Shown one piece after another: positions 43,045-51,523 of a DNA stretch of 64,000 bases. A program made the position numbers and the translations under genes. The DNA is taken from NCBI GenBank assembly GCA_963695555.1, contig CAVOGR010000001.1:1077716-1141715 (forward strand). The letters run 5' to 3'. Each line of letters begins with the position of its first letter. Positions within the stretch are counted from its first letter, which is position 1. The notes beneath the pieces were generated by a model. The model was not told the origin of the DNA. It was given only the letters and a program-made list of their open reading frames with translations, and did no database searches. Origin of the DNA: an uncultured Gemmatimonadales bacterium. Lineage in GTDB: Bacteria; Gemmatimonadota; Gemmatimonadetes; Gemmatimonadales; GWC2-71-9.

Positions 43045-44100
43045 ATGCCTCGTTTCCGCTTTCAGGCCCTTCTGGCAGCCGCTGTCCTCGGCGGCTGCGC
43101 GGATCCCTTTCCGCCATTGCCGCCTCCGGAAGAGATCCTGGTGGTGGCCAATCGCACCGACGGGTCCCTGAGCCTGATCCCGGTGGGCGCTCCGACCAGC
43201 GGCACGACCCTCACGCTGGGAGTGGCCGATGTGGAGGCCGTCGCCGCGCTGGACGATCGTCTGCTTGCGCTCTCGCCATCGGCTGCGGTGCTGTCGGTGA
43301 TCGATCTCCAGGTGCCACGGGTGACGGGCACCATCCAACTGCCTTCGGGATCTCGACCGTCAGCTGTGGCCATCGTCAACGATTCCATCGCCTACGTTTC
43401 GATCCCCAGCGCCAACGGCATCGTACGGGTCAACTACCGCACCGGCGCGCAGGCGCCGCTCGCCATCGGATCCTATCCTCAGGGACTGCTCTTCACTCGC
43501 GGCCGCCTCTTCGTGCTGAATGGCAATCTGACGCTGTGCGGGTCACCGCCTGCACCATGTGTCGCGGGGGAAAGCTGGGTCAGCGTGGTTGACCCGATTC
43601 TGAACCTGCCGGCAAGCGGAGGCGACTCCATTCCGCTGCCGGGCCCCGGCAACGCGCAGTATGCCGCCGTGGCCGGAGACGGGCTGCTCTACGTCATGAA
43701 CGCGGGATCCGCCGCCACCGAGGCGCGCTTGTCGATTGTCGATCCCGTCAGACGCGAGGAAGTGGCCAATTTTGCAGGCTTCGGCCTCCTCCCGGGACCG
43801 ATCGCCACCGACGGCGGCGATCGTCTCTTCATTAGCTCCCCGACCCAGGGCCTCATGGAATTCGATGTGCGGTTGCGAACGGTTGTCCGCGGCGAGGGTG
43901 AAGGAGTCGACATTCCCGGAATCGCCGGGGTCGACACAGACAGCCGCGGCCGCATCTATGCGCTCGAACCCGGCGCCTGCACCGGTACTTCCACGGGCGC
44001 AGTCCGAGTCCTGGATGAGGCCTTCGTCGATATCCGGACGATTCCAGTGGGCCGCTGTGCGGTCGCTCTGGTGATCACCCGGTTTCAGAGGGAGGAGTAG
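43045..44100 (+). CDS. YncE/BtuG-like beta-propeller lipoprotein
   Basis: VLGGC lipobox; repeated blades (VVAN..DGSLSLI, LSVIDL, IAYVS, RLFVLN, VSVVD, LYVMN); directly after btuB. Confidence 0.75.
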   Translation: MPRFRFQALLAAAVLGGCADPFPPLPPPEEILVVANRTDGSLSLIPVGAPTSGTTLTLGVADVEAVAALDDRLLALSPSAAVLSVIDLQVPRVTGTIQLPSGSRPSAVAIVNDSIAYVSIPSANGIVRVNYRTGAQAPLAIGSYPQGLLFTRGRLFVLNGNLTLCGSPPAPCVAGESWVSVVDPILNLPASGGDSIPLPGPGNAQYAAVAGDGLLYVMNAGSAATEARLSIVDPVRREEVANFAGFGLLPGPIATDGGDRLFISSPTQGLMEFDVRLRTVVRGEGEGVDIPGIAGVDTDSRGRIYALEPGACTGTSTGAVRVLDEAFVDIRTIPVGRCAVALVITRFQREE

Positions 44101-44101
44101 C

Positions 44102-44863
44102 CTGCGCCGCATTTCGACCGCCGCGATCATCCTCTCGACCATGCGATACCGGGAGACCTCGAAGATCGTGCGGCTGGCCACCAGGGATGCGGGGGTCCTC
44201 AGCGTTATCGCCAAGGGTGCCTTCCGGCCGAAGAGCCGCTTCGGGGCCTCGCTCCAGCCGCTGAGCGACGGAATTGCCGACATCTATCTGAGCGAACACC
44301 GCGACCTCCACACCCTCGGAGAATTCGAACTCACCCACCTCCGTAGTGTCCTCGCGGCTTCGCTCGACCGATACGCGGCCGCCGTCGCGTTGGCCGAATT
44401 GATGCTCCGGTTTGCCCCAGCAGCGCCGCATCCGGAGAGCTTCGACCTGCTCGGCGGTGCCCTGTCGGTGCTGGAGACGGCGCCGCTCGAGGCGGTCGAG
44501 GCCGTTGCCATCAGCATGCTGTGGCGCCTCGTGAGTGAATTGGGATTCGCCCCGTCACTCAACCAGTGCGCCAGGGATGGGACGCCGCTCGACGGGAATG
44601 GCGTCCTGCTCTTCAGCGCGGCCGAGGGGGGGGCCGTGTGTGCCAAGTGTGCGCGCGCAGTGGCCGTGACACGACTGGGGGCCAGCGACCGAACGGCACT
44701 CTGCTCGCTCATTTCGTCGGGCACCGGATTGCCTGACCTGGATGCGCGCCACGGGAAGTCACATCGCAGGCTTCTCGACCGGTATATCCGGTATCACGTG
44801 GCAGACGGGGCGGAGTTGCCGGCGCTCAAGTTCTGGACCAATCGAGAGACCGCGCGGTCATGA
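44102..44863 (+). CDS. recO: DNA repair protein RecO (likely CTG start at 44102; first ATG at 44141)
   Basis: AIILST.RY.ETSKIV, AKGA.RPKSRFG, GFAP.L..C..C and GG..C..C zinc motifs. Confidence 0.93.
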   Translation: MRRISTAAIILSTMRYRETSKIVRLATRDAGVLSVIAKGAFRPKSRFGASLQPLSDGIADIYLSEHRDLHTLGEFELTHLRSVLAASLDRYAAAVALAELMLRFAPAAPHPESFDLLGGALSVLETAPLEAVEAVAISMLWRLVSELGFAPSLNQCARDGTPLDGNGVLLFSAAEGGAVCAKCARAVAVTRLGASDRTALCSLISSGTGLPDLDARHGKSHRRLLDRYIRYHVADGAELPALKFWTNRETARS

Positions 44864-46713
44864 TCATCGGCACCGCGGGCCACATCGATCACGGCAAGAG
44901 CATGCTGGTGGAAGCTCTTACCGGACGCTCGATGGACCGACTGGCCGAGGAACGCCGGCGCGGCATTACCATCGATCTCAACTTCGCTCCGTTGGATCTG
45001 GGTGACGGGCGGACGGCCGGCATCATCGACGTGCCCGGGCACGAGGACTTCGTTCGCACCATGGTGGCCGGAGCGACCGGCATCGATCTGGTCTTGCTGG
45101 TGGTGGCCGCCGATGAAGGGATCATGCCGCAAACGCTCGAGCACCTCCTGATCGTGGAGCAACTGGGCATTCGGCGCGGCATTCCAGTGGTAACCAAGTC
45201 CGACCTGGTCGAGCGCGAGTGGGCGGAACTCGTGGCCGGGGAGGTACAGGAACGACTCACGGCGTCGCCCATCGAGTTCGGACCGCCGTTGATCGTCTCA
45301 CCGCCAACTGGCGAGGGGATGGGCCCGCTCCGCGACGCGATCCGGCAGGCTGGGACCGTCCTGGAGTCACGGAGCGAGGAGGACGCGTTCCGGATGCCGA
45401 TCGATCGCGCATTCTCGGTGGCCGGTGTCGGCACCGTGGTCACGGGCACCATCTGGTCCGGACATCTCGCGGTTGGCGACACGGTACAGGTGGTTCCCGC
45501 CGGCCACGCCGCACGCGTCCGTTCGCTGGAACACTTCGGGGAGGCCGTTCGTGCGACGCGGCCGCGGGCTCGCACCGCGATCGGGCTGGCCGGAATCGAT
45601 CGCGGCCTCATCCGTCGCGGCGACGCGATCGTCACCGACGCCGTGCCATGGCGCCCGAGCTCCGCTATCGACGTGCACCTCACGCTTTCACCCGGCGCCC
45701 CTCAGGCACTTCGTCCGCGAACCCGCGTCAGGATCCACCTGGGTACTCAGGAGGTACTCGGACGGGTCTACCCAAGGGACACACTGGAGCCGGGCCATGC
45801 GGTCCTCGCACGCCTCGCGCTCGAGTCCACCGTGGTCGCGCGCGGCGGCGACCGGTTTGTGGTCAGGTCCTACAGCCCTGTCGGAACGATCGGGGGAGGC
45901 CGGATCGTCGATCCAACGCCGCCGCCGCGGCGAACGATCTGGCCTGTCTCACTCGAGTCGAGCGACCCGGCCATCCGGCTGGGTGGCTTGGCCGCCAGGA
46001 GGCCCGGCGGGATCGCACACGCGGAATTGCCCATTGTGTTGGGACTCCGCGAGCCGGAGTGTGCGCGGGTCGCACTGGGCCTCTCGAGCCTGGAGCGTGC
46101 CGGTGAGCGCTGGGTGGAGCGCACCATGGTCGAGCGCGCAGAGCGTCGGGCCATAGCTCAGCTCGACGACTACCACAGGAGGAATGCCGCAGATGTCGGC
46201 ATCCCGCTTCAGGACCTGAAAGGCCGACTCGGCGCGGCACCCTGGATTGCCGAGCTGGTGATCACGAAGTTGGCGGCGGCCGGCCGGATCGAGTTCGCCG
46301 ACGGCCGGGTGCGAGCACCGGGCTTCGAGCCGAGGGTAGCAGGAGGGCAAGGCGAGATCGATCGCGTGGTTGCCTACCTCGAGGCTGAGGGACTGACACC
46401 GCCCACCGTGGCCGAGTTGGGCCAGCGCCTCGACCGGGGCGATGCGGCAGATGTGCTTCGCCTCGCGGCCCGGCAGGGCCGGGTGGTGCCGGTCGGGCGG
46501 GACCGGTACTTCGCGGCGGCCGCCCTCGATGGGTTCGTCGCAACCCTATCGGACATGGGCGGCCAGGGAGAAATCACCGTGGCCGCGCTGCGAGATCGGC
46601 TGGGACTCAGCCGGAGATGGCTGATTCCGCTGCTCGAATGGGCGGATGGCCAGGGGGTGACGACCCGGGTGGGAGACGCGCGCCGCCTGGCCGGCCGGGC
46701 CGGACCAGACTAG
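44860..46713 (+). CDS. selB: Selenocysteine-specific elongation factor
   Basis: IGTAGHIDHGK, RRGITIDL, DVPGHEDF, GIMPQT.EH and C-terminal winged helix LGLSRRWLIPLLE. Confidence 0.95.
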   Translation: MIIGTAGHIDHGKSMLVEALTGRSMDRLAEERRRGITIDLNFAPLDLGDGRTAGIIDVPGHEDFVRTMVAGATGIDLVLLVVAADEGIMPQTLEHLLIVEQLGIRRGIPVVTKSDLVEREWAELVAGEVQERLTASPIEFGPPLIVSPPTGEGMGPLRDAIRQAGTVLESRSEEDAFRMPIDRAFSVAGVGTVVTGTIWSGHLAVGDTVQVVPAGHAARVRSLEHFGEAVRATRPRARTAIGLAGIDRGLIRRGDAIVTDAVPWRPSSAIDVHLTLSPGAPQALRPRTRVRIHLGTQEVLGRVYPRDTLEPGHAVLARLALESTVVARGGDRFVVRSYSPVGTIGGGRIVDPTPPPRRTIWPVSLESSDPAIRLGGLAARRPGGIAHAELPIVLGLREPECARVALGLSSLERAGERWVERTMVERAERRAIAQLDDYHRRNAADVGIPLQDLKGRLGAAPWIAELVITKLAAAGRIEFADGRVRAPGFEPRVAGGQGEIDRVVAYLEAEGLTPPTVAELGQRLDRGDAADVLRLAARQGRVVPVGRDRYFAAAALDGFVATLSDMGGQGEITVAALRDRLGLSRRWLIPLLEWADGQGVTTRVGDARRLAGRAGPD

Positions 46714-46825
46714 GGCCCGGCGTGGACGCCGTTGCGCCGCGGCCCAGATGGCGCGATGTTCAATCTCATACTGCCACCAGCGGAGGGTAATCCAGGAACT
46801 TACGACGTCAGTCAAAGGGGTCGAC

Positions 46826-47263
46826 ATGTACCGGTTGATCAGGCCGGGGTGGTGGCTCGTCCTTCTGGCTCTTCTGGCTACTCAGGCGGTGGCGCAGCAC
46901 AACCCACCGACGCCCAAGGCCGAGCTCAAAGAGAACTACCCCAACCCGTTCTATCCGGCGACGACGATCCCGTTCACGATCTTTCCTGAAGTCTGTCAGG
47001 ACGACCATCAACCGGTCGTGAGTCTGAGGATTCTGAATGTTCTGGCCCAAACGGTGGCCATTCCCAGACTGGTCGATACGACCAGGGCACCGCTCGAGGA
47101 CCTGAGCATTGCATGTGGGGATCACGAGGCCTTGTGGAACGGATCCCAGCTCAGCGGAGAACGCGAACCTCGGCCGGGAATTTATTTTTATCGCCTGACA
47201 GTCGACGGAGATGTCTTCACCCGGAAGATGATCGTGAGCCGGGACGTGCTCAGGGGGGCGTAG
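46826..47263 (+). CDS. Small exported protein made of a single T9SS-CTD/FlgD-Ig-like domain
   Basis: Signal peptide (..QAVAQ), then LKENYPNPFYPATTIPF...LRILNVL.Q.V...WNG...PGIYFYRL..DG..TRKMIV. Confidence 0.75.
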   Translation: MYRLIRPGWWLVLLALLATQAVAQHNPPTPKAELKENYPNPFYPATTIPFTIFPEVCQDDHQPVVSLRILNVLAQTVAIPRLVDTTRAPLEDLSIACGDHEALWNGSQLSGEREPRPGIYFYRLTVDGDVFTRKMIVSRDVLRGA

Positions 47264-47296
47264 CTCGCGCTCCGAGCCGCGTCGCCCAGAACGCTT

Positions 47297-47320
47297 CGAG
47301 GGCTCCGAAAGGGGCCCTCG
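47297..47320 (+). terminator. Stem-loop, putative terminator
   Basis: CGAGGGCTCC-GAAA-GGGGCCCTCG hairpin 33 nt after the stop codon; U-tract is weak. Confidence 0.5.
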
Positions 47321-47493
47321 TTGCACTTAGGACAAATCCAAAATGGCAGCGCAGGCCGCCAAAAGGGCAGATTTCCCAGGAACGCTCCTTGCCCCTCCGG
47401 AACGGCTGGTGACAAACACGCGCACGGTACCGGGGCCCTGACGGGTTTCGGCGGTGTGCTGCATGCAGGTGAATGCAAGGAGGACCCGTTCGA

Positions 47494-50121
47494 ATGTTAC
47501 GTCCGGAACGACTGACCATCAAAGGACAGGAGGCCTTTCGGGACGCCGGCGAGGAAGCGCGGCGCCGTGGCAATCCTGTCGTCAACGATACCCATCTGTT
47601 GCTGGCACTCCTGGATCAGGACGAGGGTATTGTCGGCCCCTTGTTGCAGAAGGCCGGGCTCAACGTGACGACGCTTCGGGAAGCGACGGAGCGCGAGGTC
47701 GAGCGGTTTCCGCGTCAGGAGGGCGGGGGCGAACCGAGCTTCAGCCGCGAGCTGCACGCGGTGTTCGACCGGGCCGAAGCCGAGGCCAAGGCGTTGGGCG
47801 ATGCGTACGTGTCGACCGAGCACTTGCTGCTTGCCCTCGCGGAGACCAAGGCGACGACGGCGCGCGAGCTGTTGAGTGCCGAGGGCATTTCCGCCGCCGA
47901 CCTCCGGCAATCCCTCGAAGGAGTCCGGGGATCGCATCGGGTCACCGATCAGGCGCCGGAGGACAAGTATCAGGCGCTCGAGCGCTACACCCGAAACCTC
48001 ACCGACCAGGCGCGGCAGGGAAAATTGGATCCGGTCATTGGACGAGATGAGGAGGTACGCCGGATCATGCAGGTGCTGTCCCGGCGGACCAAGAACAACC
48101 CGGTGCTGATCGGCGAGCCCGGCGTCGGGAAGACCGCCATCGTCGAAGGACTGGCCCAACGCATTGTGAACGGCGATGTCCCGGAGTCGCTCCGCAGCAA
48201 GGAGATCGTCGGCCTCGACATCGGGCAACTCGTTGCGGGCACCAAGTACCGCGGCGAGTTCGAGGAGCGGCTCAAGGCGGTGGTGAAGGAGCTGATCGCA
48301 GGCGAAGGGCACTACATCGTGTTCATCGACGAGCTCCATACCATCGTGGGTGCGGGCGCGGCGGAGGGCGCGGTCGATGCCAGCAACATGCTCAAGCCGG
48401 CGTTGGCCCGCGGGGAGCTGCACGTCGTCGGCGCCACCACGCTCGATGAATACCGCAAGCACGTCGAGAAGGATGCGGCCCTCGAGCGGCGCTTCCAGCC
48501 GGTGCTGGTGGGGGAGCCCAGCGTGACCGACACCATCGCCATTCTCCGCGGGTTGAAGGAACGCTACGAGGTCCACCACGGCGTGCGCATTACCGACAAC
48601 GCGCTGGTCGCGGCCGCGACGCTTTCCAATCGCTACATTGGCGACCGATTCCTGCCCGACAAGGCGATTGACTTGGTTGATGAAGCGGCGAGCCGGCTCC
48701 GCATCGAGATCGACAGCCTGCCGCAGGAGATCGACGAGGTCGAGCGGCGCATTGTTCAGCTCGAGATCGAGCGCCAGGCGCTGCTCAATGAAAAAGACAA
48801 AGCAGGCCGCGAGCGGAGATCGGCGGTGGAGCAGGAAATCGGCGGCCTCAAGGAGCAGTCGTCCGGCATGAAAGCGCAGTGGCAGGCCGAGAAGTCGGCA
48901 ATTCAGGAACTCCAGGAGCGTCGGGCCAAAGTAGAAGCGCTCCGACTCGAGGCCGACCAGGCCACCCGAAGCGGAGATCTGCAGCGAGCCGCGGAACTCA
49001 GGTACGGAGAAATCCCCAAGCTCGAGGCGGAACTCAAGGCGGACGAGACCCGGCTAGCCGATATCCAGGCCACTGCCAAGTACCTGAAAGAAGAGGTGGG
49101 CGCGGAAGACATCGCCGAGATCGTGGCCAAGTGGACCGGGATTCCAGTCTCCAAGCTGATGGAGTCCGAGCGCGAGCGGTTGACCCACCTCGAGGCAGAG
49201 CTCGGCCATCGGGTTGTGGGACAGGACGTTGCGCTCCGAGCCGTGTCCAACGCGGTCAGGCGGAGCAGGGCGGGATTGCAGGACCCGAACCGTCCGGTCG
49301 GCTCCTTCATCTTCCTCGGCCCGACCGGGGTGGGGAAGACCGAGACCGCGCGAGCCCTCGCCGAGTTCCTGTTCGACGACGAGCGGGCCATGGTACGGCT
49401 CGACATGTCCGAGTACATGGAGAAGCACGCGGTGGCTCGGATGATCGGCGCACCGCCCGGATACATCGGCTATGAAGAGGGCGGCCAGCTGACCGAAGCG
49501 GTTCGCCGCCGCCCCTACGCGGTGATCCTGTTCGACGAGATCGAAAAGGCGCATTCGGATGTGTTCAACCTGCTGCTCCAGATCCTGGACGACGGCCGGT
49601 TGACCGACAGCCAGGGGCGACTGGTCGATTTCCGGAATGCGGTCATCATCATGACCTCCAATCTGGGGAGCCAGTACATCGTCGAAACGGCGCCCGGTCA
49701 AGACGCCGAGGCGTGGTCCATGGTGGAGCAGCGGGTCCGCGGCGAACTGCGACAGCACTTCCGGCCGGAGTTCCTAAACCGGGTGGACGAAGTCATCGTA
49801 TTTCGCCAACTTTCGAAGAAGGACTTGGGACAGATCGTCGAGCTGCAACTGGAGCATCTGGAGCGACTCCTCGCGGACAAGGAGCTTCGCCTCGACGTGA
49901 GCGCCCGAGCGAAGGAGCTGCTCGTGGAGCAAGGATACGACCCGGTGTTCGGCGCCCGGCCGCTGAAACGAGTCATTCAGCGGCTGCTGCAGAACCCGAT
50001 CGCCCTCGAGGTGCTCGAAGGCAAGTTTACCGGTGGCGACACCATCCGGGTGGACCGGGAAGGGGACGCCTTGGCATTCGCCCGCCAGCCCAAAGCGCCG
50101 GCCGAAGAAGCCAGTGCGTAG
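47494..50121 (+). CDS. clpB: ATP-dependent chaperone ClpB
   Basis: Clp N-domain, two AAA modules ([16 protein letters not shown]), coiled-coil middle domain, GARPLKR; AGGAGG SD upstream. Confidence 0.97.
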   Translation: MLRPERLTIKGQEAFRDAGEEARRRGNPVVNDTHLLLALLDQDEGIVGPLLQKAGLNVTTLREATEREVERFPRQEGGGEPSFSRELHAVFDRAEAEAKALGDAYVSTEHLLLALAETKATTARELLSAEGISAADLRQSLEGVRGSHRVTDQAPEDKYQALERYTRNLTDQARQGKLDPVIGRDEEVRRIMQVLSRRTKNNPVLIGEPGVGKTAIVEGLAQRIVNGDVPESLRSKEIVGLDIGQLVAGTKYRGEFEERLKAVVKELIAGEGHYIVFIDELHTIVGAGAAEGAVDASNMLKPALARGELHVVGATTLDEYRKHVEKDAALERRFQPVLVGEPSVTDTIAILRGLKERYEVHHGVRITDNALVAAATLSNRYIGDRFLPDKAIDLVDEAASRLRIEIDSLPQEIDEVERRIVQLEIERQALLNEKDKAGRERRSAVEQEIGGLKEQSSGMKAQWQAEKSAIQELQERRAKVEALRLEADQATRSGDLQRAAELRYGEIPKLEAELKADETRLADIQATAKYLKEEVGAEDIAEIVAKWTGIPVSKLMESERERLTHLEAELGHRVVGQDVALRAVSNAVRRSRAGLQDPNRPVGSFIFLGPTGVGKTETARALAEFLFDDERAMVRLDMSEYMEKHAVARMIGAPPGYIGYEEGGQLTEAVRRRPYAVILFDEIEKAHSDVFNLLLQILDDGRLTDSQGRLVDFRNAVIIMTSNLGSQYIVETAPGQDAEAWSMVEQRVRGELRQHFRPEFLNRVDEVIVFRQLSKKDLGQIVELQLEHLERLLADKELRLDVSARAKELLVEQGYDPVFGARPLKRVIQRLLQNPIALEVLEGKFTGGDTIRVDREGDALAFARQPKAPAEEASA

Positions 50122-50608
50122 GGGGCTGCCGTCACCCGCGGACATCGCCGGAATGCAGGCGGCGGTGCGATTGGCCCGGGCGGCGGCGGTCCGAGAAGAA
50201 GTCCCGGTTGGGGCGGTCATCATCCGCGATGGCGAGATATTGGCCGAGGCTCACAACGAGACCATCATCCGGGGCGACCCAACCGCGCATGCCGAGCTCC
50301 TGGCCATTCAGCAGGCTCTGGCCAAACACCACGAGTCTCGGCTGCTGGACGCGACGCTCTACGTGACGCTCGAGCCCTGCGCCCAATGCGCCGGAGCCAT
50401 CGTGCTGAGCAAGATCACTTGCGTGGTGTTCGGGGCCTACGACCACCGCTCTGGCATGGCGGGATCGGTCTTCGACCTGCTGCGCCATCCCCGGCTGAAC
50501 CACCGCCCGGAGGTGATCGGCGGCATCCTCGAGGAAGAGTGCGGGGCCTTGCTCAAGCGCTTCTTCCAGGCCCGCCGCGGCCCCGAGCAGCCGGCCGGCT
50601 CTGGTTGA
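50114..50608 (+). CDS. tadA: tRNA adenosine(34) deaminase
   Basis: [25 protein letters not shown] and LNH; FF..RR near the C-terminus. Confidence 0.93.
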   Translation: MRRGLPSPADIAGMQAAVRLARAAAVREEVPVGAVIIRDGEILAEAHNETIIRGDPTAHAELLAIQQALAKHHESRLLDATLYVTLEPCAQCAGAIVLSKITCVVFGAYDHRSGMAGSVFDLLRHPRLNHRPEVIGGILEEECGALLKRFFQARRGPEQPAGSG

Positions 50609-50634
50609 CCCCTCTGATGAAGGGCGGCTAAGTT
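50605..50634 (+). promoter_or_regulatory. Putative sigma70 promoter of tRNA-Ser
   Basis: TTGACC-18 bp-TAAGTT followed by a GC-rich discriminator, about 20 bp upstream of the tRNA. Confidence 0.5.
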
Positions 50635-50653
50635 CCGCCCCGGTAAGACCCCA

Positions 50654-50740
50654 GGACAGGTGTCCGAGTGGCTGAAGGAGCCGGTCTCGAAAACCGGTAT
50701 ACCCTCACGGGTATCGTGGGTTCGAATCCCACCCTGTCCG
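50654..50740 (+). tRNA. tRNA-Ser (anticodon CGA), CCA not encoded
   Basis: Acceptor GGACAGG/CCTGTCC, anticodon arm CCGGT-CTCGAAA-ACCGG, long variable arm, T-arm GTGGG-TTCGAAT-CCCAC, discriminator G. Confidence 0.97.
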
Positions 50741-51061
50741 CTGGTGCGCGGGGCACCGCCCGAGAGAGGGGTGCCTTGGTAACTCGTGGGTTGAGCTGCG
50801 CCCGGCTCTGCCGGTGCTCGCTCTCCTTGGCCCCGCCTTCGGCGGGCCCTGCGGATCGAATCCCACCCTGTCCGCTGGTACGCGGGGCACCGCCCGAGAG
50901 AGGGGTGCCTTGGTAACTCGTGGGTTCGCCTGCGAGCCGCTCTCGGGCTCGGCGGTCTCGGTGGCCTCCCGGCTGAGCTGCGCCCGGCTCTGCCGGTGCT
51001 CGCTCTCCTTGGCCCCGCCTTCGGCGGGCCCTGCGGATCGAATCCCACCCTGTCCGCTGGT
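50722..51061 (+). repeat. tRNA-linked tandem repeats (units of 134 and 182 bp, three copies of the 24-bp tRNA 3'-end sequence)
   Basis: TCGAATCCCACCCTGTCCGCTGGT at 50722, 50856 and 51038. The units are identical apart from one substitution and a 48-bp segment (50926-50973). Confidence 0.92.
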
Positions 51062-51130
51062 GGCAGGCGTCGAGATGGGATGGGGCGGTAAGGACGGAGG
51101 CAGGTGGAGCGGCGAATCTCCAGCCGGCAG

Positions 51131-51219
51131 CTATTGGCTATCAGCTATCAGTCCGCGCTTGGCGGCGAAAGGCGTGTGGTACCTTCGCGGACCAATAGCC
51201 AATAGCCAATAGCCAATAG
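51131..51219. repeat. Inverted heptamer tandem repeats
   Basis: CTATTGG-CTATCAG-CTATCAG at 51131-51151 facing (CCAATAG)x4 at 51192-51219. Confidence 0.85.
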
Positions 51220-51523
51220 CCAAGCCCCCCCGTATGTGGAAAACCCCACCAACCTTCACACACTGTGTCGATATTCCGATGTTGTAACTAATTGTAAAAA
51301 TGCTACATACGGCACTGATATGATCCAGTGTCTCATGTGACTTTAGCTAGTTTCTCGAGGTTCACAATCAGACAGTTCCCGTGTGCCTCGAGCCCTCGGC
51401 GGTCGTCTGTGAGCGGTATACGCTCAGGCCGGGGTGACGGAGCGCACGGCCATGCGGTCTGGTTGCACCAAGATTGAAAGCCTGCCATCGGCCCGACTTC
51501 CTGGAACGCGAAGCCTCGTGAGG

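Noticed and set aside
47264..47493. CIRCE or sigma54 heat-shock motif upstream of clpB
   Set aside because: No TTAGCACTC-N9-GAGTGCTAA and no clear TGGCAC-N5-TTGC match.
50722..51061. CRISPR array (three copies of a 24-bp repeat)
   Set aside because: The intervening segments are 110 and 158 bp and nearly identical, the repeat is the tRNA 3' end, and there are no cas genes.
50856..51061. Additional tRNA genes in the repeats
   Set aside because: Only T-arm and 3' acceptor pieces are present; there is no 5' acceptor strand, D-arm or anticodon arm.
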